From contig CAYVZI010000004.1 of the NCBI GenBank assembly GCA_964456475.1, positions 7,604 to 71,603 of the forward strand: a stretch of DNA of 64,000 nt, given 5' to 3'. The stretch is from an uncultured Candidatus Saccharibacteria bacterium. Its GTDB lineage: Bacteria; Patescibacteriota; Minisyncoccia; Phycocordibacterales; UBA9973. The position numbers and the translations under genes were made by a program. A model generated the notes under the pieces. The model was not told the DNA's origin, searched no databases, and saw only the letters and a program-made list of their open reading frames with translations. Positions 10,863 through 21,118 of this stretch are shown here, piece by piece; positions within the stretch are counted from its first letter, which is position 1; every line of letters begins with the position of its first letter.

Positions 10863-11672
10863 ATGACACATCGAGCAAAAAAATCTTTGGGCCAGCATTT
10901 TCTTCGGAGTAATTCGGCAATCAAAGCCATGGTTTCGGCTGGAAAAGTCGAGTCGGGAGATACGGTACTTGAAATTGGACCAGGGGAGGGCGTGCTCACG
11001 CACGCCCTCCTTGAAACCGGAGCAAAAGTTATCGCCGTAGAATTCGACCAAGATCTCATCCCAAACCTAAATGAACGATTTCATGACCAAATTGATTCCG
11101 GCCAGCTCCGCATAATCGAGGCTGATATCATGCAATTCGATGTATCAAACTACAAATTACAAGCGAACAATTACAAGCTTATTGCCAACATTCCTTACTA
11201 TATTACTGGTGCAATATTTGAAAAATTCCTCACTGAAAAAAATCACCCGTCGTGCCTTGTAGTGCTAATTCAAAAAGAAGTAGCAACACGCATTGTCGCA
11301 CGCGACGGCAAAGAGAGCATTCTCTCACTTTCGGTCAAAGCTTTTGGAGTCCCAAAAATAATTACCAAAGTCCCCGCAAGTGCTTTTCGCCCAGCACCAA
11401 AGGTGGATTCGGCTGTGTTACTTGTCGAAAACATCTCAAACCAGCACTTCAAGAACAGTTCAGCAATTGCTCATTTTTTTGACGTGTTGCACGCAGGATT
11501 TGCACACAAAAGAAAGCTTGTTATACGCAATTTGGAAAAGATTGCGTCACTTGAAACAATTGCGTCTTTGTTTGCAAAACTCGGCATTGCAGAAAAAGCC
11601 AGAGCAGAAGATATTCATCTAGAAAAATGGCTTTTGATTGCAGAAAAAACTGCAGTCCACACACTCGAGTAG
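10863..11672 (+). CDS. rsmA: 16S rRNA (adenine1518/1519-N6)-dimethyltransferase RsmA/KsgA
   Basis: N-terminal KKSLGQHFL signature, SAM-binding LEIGPGEGVLT, 269 aa. Confidence 0.85.
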   Translation: MTHRAKKSLGQHFLRSNSAIKAMVSAGKVESGDTVLEIGPGEGVLTHALLETGAKVIAVEFDQDLIPNLNERFHDQIDSGQLRIIEADIMQFDVSNYKLQANNYKLIANIPYYITGAIFEKFLTEKNHPSCLVVLIQKEVATRIVARDGKESILSLSVKAFGVPKIITKVPASAFRPAPKVDSAVLLVENISNQHFKNSSAIAHFFDVLHAGFAHKRKLVIRNLEKIASLETIASLFAKLGIAEKARAEDIHLEKWLLIAEKTAVHTLE

Positions 11673-11698
11673 CGACTCAAAATGATATACTAGAGCGT

Positions 11699-12340
11699 AT
11701 GATGCCAAGCAAACGTTTTGTATACATAGCCCTCGGATTACTCATCCTTGTTTTCGGTGCCTTTTTGGTCAAACGGTATACAAAAGAGCAGACTATTCAA
11801 TCTGCACTCATTTCGGTCCAAAAAAATCTCCCTTTTCTATCATTTGACGAACCGAATGGTAATTTCGTCTCTCTACAAGACGCAGAAGCAGATACATCCA
11901 AACCAAAAAGCAAACCTACAACGAAACCAACGACGGTGCCATCCACAGAGGAGGTAATTACTTCTCCCGTTATTCACAGTCTTTCAAGAGATGTTTTTGG
12001 TAACGGAGACACAATCACAATCTATGGTGATCATTTTATGGAATCAAATGATGTCATTCTTTCGATCGATTTTAAGGACGCATTTACCGGAATTCGTTCA
12101 ACAGACGGCAAATCTATTACCTTTACGGCAAATCTGTCTCTTAGTCAGAAAGTATTTGAGGGGATTAGTCACCTCAGTCCAGAAATGAGGAAGTCAGTAT
12201 TAAAGCAAATGATTATTGATGCCTCAAAAGACTCTCCATACAAGGATGGTTGGTATATTCCTGCAACCATTAGCATCAAAACAGAGGCGGGATTGAGTAA
12301 TATAATCCCGATTACTGTAAACATTACTAAAGGAATTTGA
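11699..12340 (+). CDS. membrane-anchored hypothetical protein (N-terminal TM, Pro/Thr/Lys linker); first gene of T4SS-like block
   Basis: ORF 11627..12340 trimmed to the ATG giving MMPSKRFVYIALGLLILVFGAFLV (TM); KPKSKPTTKPTTVPSTEE linker. Confidence 0.4.
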   Translation: MMPSKRFVYIALGLLILVFGAFLVKRYTKEQTIQSALISVQKNLPFLSFDEPNGNFVSLQDAEADTSKPKSKPTTKPTTVPSTEEVITSPVIHSLSRDVFGNGDTITIYGDHFMESNDVILSIDFKDAFTGIRSTDGKSITFTANLSLSQKVFEGISHLSPEMRKSVLKQMIIDASKDSPYKDGWYIPATISIKTEAGLSNIIPITVNITKGI

Positions 12341-12822
12341 TGTATACTATCTATATGCAAGCTATGCGTATACGCGTATCAGTATTCGGAATTGTATTAC
12401 TTGGTGCATTTATTGCACCTCATTTTGCATTCGCGTTTGGGAGTAGCGCTCAATACTTTGGCGGAATGCAAACACTGATATACGACAGTAGTATGTGTAG
12501 TTGCAGCGGCACAAACGTTCACGTCATCAAAGACGAGGGTAGTCGGGGAATGCTTATGCTCTACGATAATGGTAGCGGGAAGGTTTTCAGCAACAACAAC
12601 CTCAACAATGTTGGTGGCTGGCAACTTGGATCATACACAACACAAACTACCCAATGTACGCAGACCGCGTATCCGAAATGCATTCTTATCGCGACAGCAA
12701 CCGGTGTATACAGCTCAGCACCAGGAACGGGGACTTCAATGATTGATGCGGCAAAAACACTCCTCGCTGGTGCGTTTACAAAAATTACAAAAAATCTCAC
12801 AAAACACTATGCCAATGTCTAG
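12337..12822 (+). CDS. small secreted Cys-containing protein, hypothetical
   Basis: Signal-like RIRVSVFGIVLLGAFIAPHFAFA; ATGA overlap with upstream gene (operon coupling). Confidence 0.4.
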   Translation: MMYTIYMQAMRIRVSVFGIVLLGAFIAPHFAFAFGSSAQYFGGMQTLIYDSSMCSCSGTNVHVIKDEGSRGMLMLYDNGSGKVFSNNNLNNVGGWQLGSYTTQTTQCTQTAYPKCILIATATGVYSSAPGTGTSMIDAAKTLLAGAFTKITKNLTKHYANV

Positions 12823-13711
12823 CTTTGAAAAAATAAAAAACAATCTACCAAGCAAAAAATTTGTGATGGTTATTGGAATCTGTGCCGGTCTTGTCACAAT
12901 TGTCCTTGTTGTGGGAAGCCTTTTTGGATCACATTCTATCTTTACCAAAAACAGGGGAAATCTCGTCGAAGCAGACGGTACAATCAAAGACCTCCTTACT
13001 CAAGACTCAAACGGCAATGGTATTTCTGACTGGGAAGAGTCTCTCTGGGGTGTTGACCCGAAAGGGGATGGTCCAACAAACAAAATAATTGTTGATGAAA
13101 AAAAGGCTCAAGCAAACGTTACTCCAATAGATCCGGGTATTCCTTCTACACAAACCGATACATTCAGCCAAGCACTCCTCTCTACAATCCTTGCTCTCAA
13201 CCAGTCAGGTGAGCTCAACACCGTGTCGCTTGCAAAAATAAGTGAGTCAATATCACAAGATATTGACTTGAAACGCGGAAATCCTACACCGTATAGCCTT
13301 AACGATCTGGCGACCGTTCCCTCAACCGAGAAATCTCGCGCTTCTTACAAAAAAAGTTTGGAAGATATTCTCGAACTGTATTCCGATCTTGAACTTGGGT
13401 CTGAACTAGGGATTATCTATCAGGGTACAAGCACAGGCGGTCAAGCAGCACTTGCAAAACTTGCTCCATACGCCGAAGCATATGCCGATATCAGCAAAAA
13501 AATGCTTAAACTGAAGACACCCAACGATCTCGGGGCAACTGCCCTCGATATTATCAATGCATCAAGCCTCATGAGTAACGCGATTCCAAGAATCGGAACT
13601 ATATACACTGATGCACTCTCTGGAATGACAGGGATTAGTGATTATATTGATGCGAGTGATAAGTCTGACAAAGCTGTCGAAAAAATGAACCTCTATTTCG
13701 ACATCGATTAA
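12809..13711 (+). CDS. membrane-anchored hypothetical protein
   Basis: Start at MPMSSFEKIKNNLPSKKFVMVIGICAGLVTIVLVVGSLF (TM); rest predicted extracytoplasmic. Confidence 0.4.
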   Translation: MPMSSFEKIKNNLPSKKFVMVIGICAGLVTIVLVVGSLFGSHSIFTKNRGNLVEADGTIKDLLTQDSNGNGISDWEESLWGVDPKGDGPTNKIIVDEKKAQANVTPIDPGIPSTQTDTFSQALLSTILALNQSGELNTVSLAKISESISQDIDLKRGNPTPYSLNDLATVPSTEKSRASYKKSLEDILELYSDLELGSELGIIYQGTSTGGQAALAKLAPYAEAYADISKKMLKLKTPNDLGATALDIINASSLMSNAIPRIGTIYTDALSGMTGISDYIDASDKSDKAVEKMNLYFDID

Positions 13712-13789
13712 GGTAAAAAACACCTCTGTTGCACTTTAGTAACAGAAAATCCTTTCAAAAATCAGTTCACCTAGGTATACTAGAATATA

Positions 13790-16588
13790 ATGATCAAACA
13801 AGGATTTCGTACAGTAACTATTCTCGGAACCATACTTATCATGTTTGGTTCTTTTGCAACAAACATCCAGACAGTAAGAGCACAAGGAGACCTCACCAGT
13901 CTTGTAGGTGGTGCGACAGGACCGGCACTCGGCGCTGCTATTTCATGCAACAAAGATGCAATCCATTCTGGTCTCTCAAAGTTGTTTGGCAAAAACAAAG
14001 AAAAAAGTACTGGAAAGGAAAATGCTAGCGGAACGGGATTTATCCCAGTCGGAGATGAATCTGTCAAAGCAAACACAGAAAGAGCTGCGGAAGAAGCTGC
14101 AAAGACCGCAAAAAAGCTCAACTGTACCAATGCAATCGCGAAAGCAGTCTCCCAAACAATCCTCAAAGAACTCACTGTCTCGACAATCAACTGGATCAAT
14201 AGCGGTTTTCAAGGTGGGGGACCACTCTACATCGGTGATACAGGCACTTTCCTCAAGAACATCGGTGATCAGTCAGTAAAACAATTTGCTTCGGTTATCG
14301 GATTTGACCCGATCAATTACCCCTTTGGAAAGACGTTTATTCAGGGGCTCGTCAAATCAAACAGCGCTACATTTGAGAGTGCAGCACGGTACAGTCTTAA
14401 CAACGTCATAGCTCAACAATCTCCAGGGATGACTTCAGCCAATTTTGCCGCCGATTTTAGGGTCGGGGGATGGGATGCGTTTCTCAGTCAGACAGAGTGG
14501 CAAAACAATCCTATCGGATTTAATCAGCGTGCATCGCAAACTATTGCAAGCAGAACAGCTGACACCAACTATAGTCCAGGACAAGACCTTCGAGATCAAA
14601 TCCAAAGAAATGGTGGTTTTCTTGACCTAAAACACTGTGTAAGCCCTTGGGACTACGACCCAAATTCTAATGATCCTACCAAAAACGTATGTAAACAATT
14701 CATGAACCAAACTCCGGGAAGTGTCGTTCAATCAACACTCAACAAAGCCCTAGGAAGTCCATTTGACCAGCTTGGACTCGGGCAGGACTTGTCGACCGAC
14801 CTTACAGCAATTTTCGACGCTCTCATCAATCACTTTGTTCAAAAAGGTCTCAATGCACTTTCTGAAGAAACCCAGGATGGAAATAATGGCACACCGGTTG
14901 ATTTCGATGCATTTAAAAATAATCAAGGATATGCGGATAATGAGATCAAAGGGGGTACCAGTTTTGGTTCTGGTACAAGCTTCCTCGATGCAGGTGACGC
15001 GTTCCAAACAAATATTTTTGACCTTCATTCATTGGGACGAGAAGCAAAAAGCTCCACAAAAGACGAAAATGGCGATCCTGTATATCGCGCAAACCTCGTC
15101 GGTATAATCAACCGTGAACTCCAGCTTATATCAAGCAAAGATATTGAAAGCTCTCTCACAACTTCCGATTCAAAAACTGGAACAACCGCATTCGGATGGA
15201 CGCCAACACAAGTCAACTTATGGAAAAATCTTATCCAGAGTCGTAATCCGCGATACATAGACATACTCGATAAACAAAATGAGCAAATCGAGAAGCTTAT
15301 CCCGGCAATCTACCAGCTCGACTACTGTATTCCAGGCCCACGCCCAACGTGGAAAAATGAAGTCTTTACCAATCTCGAGCGTGAGCTTGATGGCTGGCCA
15401 AAAGACTCGAGCAAAGTTGATCTCTGGCAAGCAAACTCGAAGTTCCAAAAAATCATGGACATGAGTGGTAATTTGAACAAATTTAGCCAAGCCATTAGTG
15501 ATCTAACTGCTGATGTTCGTGAAGAAAATTTCTACGGAATCATGGTGAGTGGTGCACTATCAAACAACAGCCCTGAAATAAAAAAGACACTGGGAATTGA
15601 TCGTTTGACGATTAACAATACAGTTCCTGTCGCTGTAAACGCAAAAGTAAATGGATACGACAAAGCTGTCGGCATCATCGCCGAACTCTTTAGTCGTTAT
15701 GAAAAAACGCTCACAAAAGAGTATGGTACGACAAACATTCGCAATACAGGAATGGATCAATCGATTATTACAATAAACAACACCGAGTATCCAAATATCC
15801 CTACTTACGAGAGATCAATTATAGATAACAAAGAACTCATCGAACGACAAAAGAGTACGGTCTATCAGCTCATCGCTCTCGGCAAGAAGATATATCGTCT
15901 ACAAAAAAACATCAATTTAGACCCAAAGAGTGATGGTACATTCCAAGGTTTTCCTGGGTCAAACACTTGTATCGACGAACAAGGCTCTACGGTAGAATGC
16001 CCAGACAACACCATTTCTGGATATGACTTCTATCAAAGCCAGATCAATCTCGTAAACCAGACAAGTATTAGCAAGCTTACTGAATACCAAAAAGAGCTCC
16101 GTCGTATCAATGATACGTTCAATATTCTTGCTCCTGATTTGCATTCTGATCAGGATATCAAAGAACAAGAAGCTCTCCTCGACACAATCATCGACAAGGT
16201 CGACAGTATCACTGACGACGGGGGATACCTTGATGTCTGTGTTGACCTAGTCAACGATTCCGAGACAAATGCTACAGAGGATAGTAATGGAAATAAGTTA
16301 TTTATCGCAGACGTCAATCTTATGCGATTGCCATATCCATCATCATTGAGCCCACAAATACCAGAATCTTTCAAAAGCCAGTTCAAAAAACCAGAAGGAA
16401 AGTCTTTTCTCCCTGATCATTACTACAGGAGGGGAGAAGACGCTGGAGAAGTCGCATACATGAAGAATCTGCTTGGCGCAAGATATAATCCTCTCAAAGA
16501 AATCAGAAACGACGATATTGTCACGATTGATGGTCAGCCGATTCCAAATGCACTAGCCACATTTGAACAGTTTTTGGGGATGTATTAA
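13790..16588 (+). CDS. large secreted protein (932 aa), hypothetical; possible T4SS surface/adhesin component
   Basis: N-terminal signal/TM MIKQGFRTVTILGTILIMFGSFATNIQTVRAQG; Cys-containing extracellular domain; co-directional with T4SS-like genes. Confidence 0.45.
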   Translation: MIKQGFRTVTILGTILIMFGSFATNIQTVRAQGDLTSLVGGATGPALGAAISCNKDAIHSGLSKLFGKNKEKSTGKENASGTGFIPVGDESVKANTERAAEEAAKTAKKLNCTNAIAKAVSQTILKELTVSTINWINSGFQGGGPLYIGDTGTFLKNIGDQSVKQFASVIGFDPINYPFGKTFIQGLVKSNSATFESAARYSLNNVIAQQSPGMTSANFAADFRVGGWDAFLSQTEWQNNPIGFNQRASQTIASRTADTNYSPGQDLRDQIQRNGGFLDLKHCVSPWDYDPNSNDPTKNVCKQFMNQTPGSVVQSTLNKALGSPFDQLGLGQDLSTDLTAIFDALINHFVQKGLNALSEETQDGNNGTPVDFDAFKNNQGYADNEIKGGTSFGSGTSFLDAGDAFQTNIFDLHSLGREAKSSTKDENGDPVYRANLVGIINRELQLISSKDIESSLTTSDSKTGTTAFGWTPTQVNLWKNLIQSRNPRYIDILDKQNEQIEKLIPAIYQLDYCIPGPRPTWKNEVFTNLERELDGWPKDSSKVDLWQANSKFQKIMDMSGNLNKFSQAISDLTADVREENFYGIMVSGALSNNSPEIKKTLGIDRLTINNTVPVAVNAKVNGYDKAVGIIAELFSRYEKTLTKEYGTTNIRNTGMDQSIITINNTEYPNIPTYERSIIDNKELIERQKSTVYQLIALGKKIYRLQKNINLDPKSDGTFQGFPGSNTCIDEQGSTVECPDNTISGYDFYQSQINLVNQTSISKLTEYQKELRRINDTFNILAPDLHSDQDIKEQEALLDTIIDKVDSITDDGGYLDVCVDLVNDSETNATEDSNGNKLFIADVNLMRLPYPSSLSPQIPESFKSQFKKPEGKSFLPDHYYRRGEDAGEVAYMKNLLGARYNPLKEIRNDDIVTIDGQPIPNALATFEQFLGMY

Positions 16589-16617
16589 ACCGATAGAATG
16601 ATACAATAGTATAGTAA

Positions 16618-19284
16618 ATGAAACGCATCGTTCCACTTATTTTTTCGATAGCAATTTTTGTTGGCATCGCTTTGCCTTTTTCAACAACGCTGTCACCTCA
16701 ACACGGAGTTCGCCTCACGGCGAACTCCGTGTTTGCTGCAGACACATACACTCCTGAAGCAAATGTTCATGGATATCTGGAAGATTGTGCCCTATTTAAC
16801 TGGGTTACAGGATCTGACGACGGGAGCATGGCCGGATGTATTGCTCAAATCGTCTACATTATCCCGTATCAACTTGGAGCGTGGGCCATGTCAGTAGCTG
16901 CAAAAGCATTCGACGTTGGAGCAAGTCTCACACTCTCGAGTGCCCTCTATACCAAAGGCGACCTTCTCACCAAGGGCTGGACTGTCACTCGTGACTTTGC
17001 CAACATCTTCTTCATTCTCATTCTGCTTTTTGCCGCACTCTCACTTGTACTCGACATGGATCTCGGCGGTGCCAATCCAAAAAAGATGCTAAGTTCTGTA
17101 GTGATTATTGCCATACTCATCAATTTCAGCTTCTTCCTGACAGAAGTAGTGGTAGATGTGTCCAATTCGCTTGCACTCGTTTTTTACAACCAAATCGGTA
17201 CAGTCCAAAAAGACAAAGTTACCGCCGTTGACACTACAGAAGAGGACAAGCAATTCAAAGACCACAACCTCATCAAAAAAATTCAACCAATCTCAACATC
17301 AATTGTTGCTGGATTCAAGCCTCAGATTTTCAGCAATCAGGATTTTTACAACAAACTTGCTTGTGCAAAAGAAAATGGTTTTTTCACAGACTTGAGCAGC
17401 AAAAAATGTACTCCAGCAGATGTCGCCAACAAAAAAGTCTCTTCTGGCGTTATAATTCCCGTACTAATCCTTGTGGGTTGTATGTATCTTGTGGTTGCAT
17501 ACAGTTTTGGAGTGGCACTCATTTCACTCATCGGGCGCATGATCAGCCTCTTTATCGCAATCATCTTTGCTCCATTTGCGTTTGTGTCCACAATTTTGCC
17601 TGCGACACAACACATGGCTGGATTCGGCTGGGACGAGTGGTTCTCAAATCTGATGAAAGCAGCATTTGCAGCACCAATATATTTTTTCTTGCTTCTCTTG
17701 GTGACGTTCATTGTAGATATTGATATTGTTCCAAAAAACACCACCAATATGTCTGCCGGCATCATTCTCGTTTTGGTAATGATCCAGTGTGCCATAGTCA
17801 TCACACTCCTCCTCAAAGCTACAAAAATAGTAGAAAGTGCTTCCGGAGAAATCGGCGGAATGATTTTGAAAGGCACCAAAGTCATCGCAGGTGGAGCAGC
17901 CGGACTCGTCGGTGGCGCCGCACTCGGTGGCCTTGCTCTTGCAGGGCAGGGAACTGTTGGATGGGTTGGGAAGAAAATTGCTGGAAGCGACCGTTTAAAT
18001 AGGTGGGCAATCAACGGCGGGGGAGTTAAAAATAATTTTATGAACGGTCTGCTTCAAAAAATTGGAAGAACTGGACTTGAAAGCGGTCAAAAACTGAGCA
18101 AGTCGAGTTTTGACGCTCGACACACAGGATTGGGAAATGCATTTACATCAGCAACAGGTATTAACCTTGGTAGTTTTGGTGCTCTCGCGGCAAAAAATAC
18201 GACTGGCGGCCTTGAGGGTGCTGCAGCACGCAAAGCAGCAAAAGATGAGGCATTTGCTGCAACATTAAAAAACGATGAGAAAAAGACCGAGAACCTTGAG
18301 GCTGAACTAAAGACTAAAAATAAAGAATTGGAAAGTGAAGAGAAAAAGAAGAGACTCTTGGAAAAAGAAAAGGAGATTCTTGATTTGGAAACAAAAAATC
18401 TTGAGTCCGAAAGACGTGAGGCTAGAGAAAAGATGAAAGACAATCAAGGCAATCAATCCTCTCTCGATTACATTAATGCAGAGAAAAAATTTAAAGATGC
18501 AGATGCAAAACTTAATGGTGGAAAGACAGCAAATGGAACAGTCATCGATCCTACAGATGCAAAAAGAACTCAACTTGCAGAAAAAGTGAAAGATATTAAT
18601 AAACAAAAAGAAAAAATACTTGAGATTGAAAAAGGCAAGAGGGACGCAAATGGTGATAAAATCAAAGCAGCAGATGGAGATACCCTTGCCGGTGGCAAGG
18701 TGGCAGATGCATTAGATGTAAAAAATGAGGCTATAGCAAAAGAAAGTTTGGGTATAAAAGACTACGAAAAAATAATAGAGGACAGTAAAAAAGGTGCTTC
18801 GAGAGCATTTCTCGCATACGAAGCGGAGCGTTCTGGATATCACACTAAAATCAAAACGGATAATTCAGGTACTGTTATCGGTCATCATGTTGACACTAAT
18901 CAGGCAGGCAAACGAAACGACTTCCGTACGTTCACTCGAATTGCTGGGGCATTTGCACTTGGTGGATTGACTGGTAATATCGCCAATCTTGCTACAACCC
19001 TCAGTTCTTTTAGTGGCGCTGTTAGTGCTTTTAGTGGCCAAGCAGCATTCGGTTTTGGGCTTGCTTCTACAATCAAAGAGGCACTCGGTGATTTTCAGGG
19101 ACGCAGTTTTGTAGCTGGTGAAGCAGGCCATCATACAGCAAATCCAGGCGGTAAACACGAACATGAACATGGCGTCTACCATACTCCAAACGCAGGATTC
19201 CTTGCTGAACTCGCTTCAATATTCAAATTCAAAGCAGGAGGAGGGGGTGGAGGCAGTGGCGGAGGAGGGGGTGGACATCATTAA
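16618..19284 (+). CDS. polytopic membrane protein, VirB6/TrbL-like candidate, with C-terminal coiled-coil and Gly-rich/His tail
   Basis: Signal peptide, at least 6 predicted TM helices in two clusters, coiled-coil EAELKTKNKELESEEKKKRLLEKEKEILDLETKNLESERREAREK, tail GGGGGGSGGGGGGHH. Assignment by architecture only. Confidence 0.45.
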   Translation: MKRIVPLIFSIAIFVGIALPFSTTLSPQHGVRLTANSVFAADTYTPEANVHGYLEDCALFNWVTGSDDGSMAGCIAQIVYIIPYQLGAWAMSVAAKAFDVGASLTLSSALYTKGDLLTKGWTVTRDFANIFFILILLFAALSLVLDMDLGGANPKKMLSSVVIIAILINFSFFLTEVVVDVSNSLALVFYNQIGTVQKDKVTAVDTTEEDKQFKDHNLIKKIQPISTSIVAGFKPQIFSNQDFYNKLACAKENGFFTDLSSKKCTPADVANKKVSSGVIIPVLILVGCMYLVVAYSFGVALISLIGRMISLFIAIIFAPFAFVSTILPATQHMAGFGWDEWFSNLMKAAFAAPIYFFLLLLVTFIVDIDIVPKNTTNMSAGIILVLVMIQCAIVITLLLKATKIVESASGEIGGMILKGTKVIAGGAAGLVGGAALGGLALAGQGTVGWVGKKIAGSDRLNRWAINGGGVKNNFMNGLLQKIGRTGLESGQKLSKSSFDARHTGLGNAFTSATGINLGSFGALAAKNTTGGLEGAAARKAAKDEAFAATLKNDEKKTENLEAELKTKNKELESEEKKKRLLEKEKEILDLETKNLESERREAREKMKDNQGNQSSLDYINAEKKFKDADAKLNGGKTANGTVIDPTDAKRTQLAEKVKDINKQKEKILEIEKGKRDANGDKIKAADGDTLAGGKVADALDVKNEAIAKESLGIKDYEKIIEDSKKGASRAFLAYEAERSGYHTKIKTDNSGTVIGHHVDTNQAGKRNDFRTFTRIAGAFALGGLTGNIANLATTLSSFSGAVSAFSGQAAFGFGLASTIKEALGDFQGRSFVAGEAGHHTANPGGKHEHEHGVYHTPNAGFLAELASIFKFKAGGGGGGSGGGGGGHH

Positions 19285-19322
19285 TTAAACTCTAAAAACT
19301 AAACTCGAAAATCAATACTGTA

Positions 19323-19356
19323 CTTATTAGAACTTAGGGTTTGAAGTTTAGGGTTT
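19323..19356. repeat. G-rich telomere-like repeat (ttagggtttgaagtttagggtttg), inverted relative of 8861-8898
   Basis: Read directly; both copies end in ...gtatc and sit just upstream of a gene start. Confidence 0.7.
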
Positions 19357-19374
19357 GTATCTTATACTATATAT

Positions 19375-20265
19375 ATGGCGGACGAAGTAAAAAAAATAAA
19401 TGTGGTTTCTTCTTCGACAGCTCAGGCTTCTGAGGCTGTAACAAAAGCGACTATCGACGAGCAATTTTCTGGAGTAAAGCAGGAACTATTTGCGCGTTTT
19501 GAACTTCTTCCTGATGACATCAAAAAAGCGATTACCGATGACGCCTACCAGCAAAAACTTTTTACAATTGCGAAAGAACAGAAGATGACATACGAAGAAC
19601 TTGGCATGATGGAGACAGAGACTACGATGGTACTTCTTGGAATGACCAAACCAGAAGATTTTCGCGATGAACTCCAACTTGAACTCAAGAAAAATGACGC
19701 TGAAATAGATTTGCTTGTAGGAAAAATCAACGAGCAAGTCTTTGCTCCGATCCGTGCCTCACTTGAGCGAGTATACGCTGCAAAAAAAGAACCTATCGAC
19801 TATTTGCAGAAGCCACCTGAGCAAGAGAATATTAAATCACAAGAACAGAATACATTCACCTCACCCCAGCCCTCTCCTAAATTAGGAGAGGGGGTAGTCC
19901 AAACTCAGCCAGTTGCCGTAGCACCAAATACCACTCCTCGAGTTATTCCTCCTACGACACATACTCCAGCAACAATCCAATCTGCATTTGCAAAATCTGG
20001 CGTGGTTCTCACCGAAACTCCAAAACCTGTTGCACCTATTCAAACCTCACAAATGCCAAATCGTAGCGATATTCTCAAGGGAATCGAAAATCCTCCTAAG
20101 ATACCTTCACTTGGAATGGTAGCCGACAAGCTCAATAGTACTGGTGTAATCATGCCAACAAAAACCACCGATTATTCCGTTCTTAAATCGACACCTCCAG
20201 CAAATCTCCCGACCACGCCAGCATCTCCAGCAAAAAACGATCCGTATCGAGAACCAATTGGGTAA
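19375..20265 (+). CDS. Pro/Thr-rich hypothetical protein
   Basis: 296-aa ORF, low-complexity P/T-rich C-terminal half, no TM. Confidence 0.4.
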   Translation: MADEVKKINVVSSSTAQASEAVTKATIDEQFSGVKQELFARFELLPDDIKKAITDDAYQQKLFTIAKEQKMTYEELGMMETETTMVLLGMTKPEDFRDELQLELKKNDAEIDLLVGKINEQVFAPIRASLERVYAAKKEPIDYLQKPPEQENIKSQEQNTFTSPQPSPKLGEGVVQTQPVAVAPNTTPRVIPPTTHTPATIQSAFAKSGVVLTETPKPVAPIQTSQMPNRSDILKGIENPPKIPSLGMVADKLNSTGVIMPTKTTDYSVLKSTPPANLPTTPASPAKNDPYREPIG

Positions 20266-20304
20266 CAAGCTTTTAAGCTTTCTAGCTGTTTAGCTTTTAA
20301 GGAA

Positions 20305-20670
20305 ATGCTTCATTCGTATAAAGAACTTATCGTCTGGCAAAAATCTATTGATTTAGGCGTGAAAGTATATTCAATCACCGAGAATTTCCCTCGAGATGAG
20401 ATTTATGGATTAACCTCTCAAATGAGGCGAGCGGCGATTTCTATTAGTTCAAACATCGCTGAGGGTAGAACACGAGGAAGCAAGCTTGAATTTATTCACT
20501 TTCTAAATATTGCCCATGGTTCGTGTGCAGAACTGGAATCCCAGGTTTTTATTGCTAAAAAACTAACTTTTTCAAGAGGTCTTAATTTCGACGAAATCGA
20601 AAAAAATATTCAGGAGATATTATTGATGTTAAGTGTTATGATTAGTAAATTAAGAAATAATAAAGCTTAA
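20305..20670 (+). CDS. four-helix-bundle protein (TIGR02436-like, formerly '23S rRNA intervening sequence protein'; Avd-related fold)
   Basis: Motifs EIYGLTSQMRRAAISISSNIAEG ... HGSCAELESQ typical of the family; flanked by inverted low-complexity repeats agcttttaagct / agcttaaaagct (20270-20304, 20667-20704). Confidence 0.8.
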   Translation: MLHSYKELIVWQKSIDLGVKVYSITENFPRDEIYGLTSQMRRAAISISSNIAEGRTRGSKLEFIHFLNIAHGSCAELESQVFIAKKLTFSRGLNFDEIEKNIQEILLMLSVMISKLRNNKA

Positions 20671-20704
20671 AAGCTCAAAAAGCTATAAAGCTATAAAGCT
20701 TCCT

Positions 20705-21109
20705 ATGAAATTCGCCGTTCCTCAATTTATCGATGTTGAAGATAAAGTTATTGGACCATTTACGTTCAAGCAATTTGCCTATCTCGTTGGGGCAGGTGGT
20801 ATGGTGTTTTTATGCTACAAGTTTTTGCCTTGGTATCTATATGTTCCACTTGGATTTGGGTTCGGAGCTCTGGGATTCGGATTGGCATTCTGGAAAGTAA
20901 ACGAGAAGCCCCTCATCAATACAATCGAGGCCATGTTCAACTATGCAATCAATGACAAATTGTATATTTGGAAAAAAGAAAAGAAAACAAAAAAAACTTC
21001 CGAACAAAAAACTGATGAGGAGATTAAGCAAATGCAGTACATTCCAAGAATATCTGAATCAAAGCTTCATGACATTGCGTGGGGGCTGGACGTATTAGAC
21101 AAAAGATAA
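20705..21109 (+). CDS. PrgI-like small membrane protein (VirB3 analog of Gram-positive T4SS)
   Basis: N-terminal AVPQFIDVEDKVIGPFTFKQFAYL followed by two TM helices, 134 aa, located just upstream of VirB4. Confidence 0.55.
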   Translation: MKFAVPQFIDVEDKVIGPFTFKQFAYLVGAGGMVFLCYKFLPWYLYVPLGFGFGALGFGLAFWKVNEKPLINTIEAMFNYAINDKLYIWKKEKKTKKTSEQKTDEEIKQMQYIPRISESKLHDIAWGLDVLDKR

Positions 21110-21118
21110 ACCGCTTTT

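Noticed and set aside
17346-18014. 222-aa antisense ORF inside the VirB6-like gene; similar antisense ORFs inside other long genes (e.g. 4752..5129, 13780..14199, 45136..45510, 47776..48150)
   Set aside because: Embedded in opposite-strand low-complexity or repeat-rich coding sequence with no motifs or independent expression signals; a side-effect of the six-frame translation.
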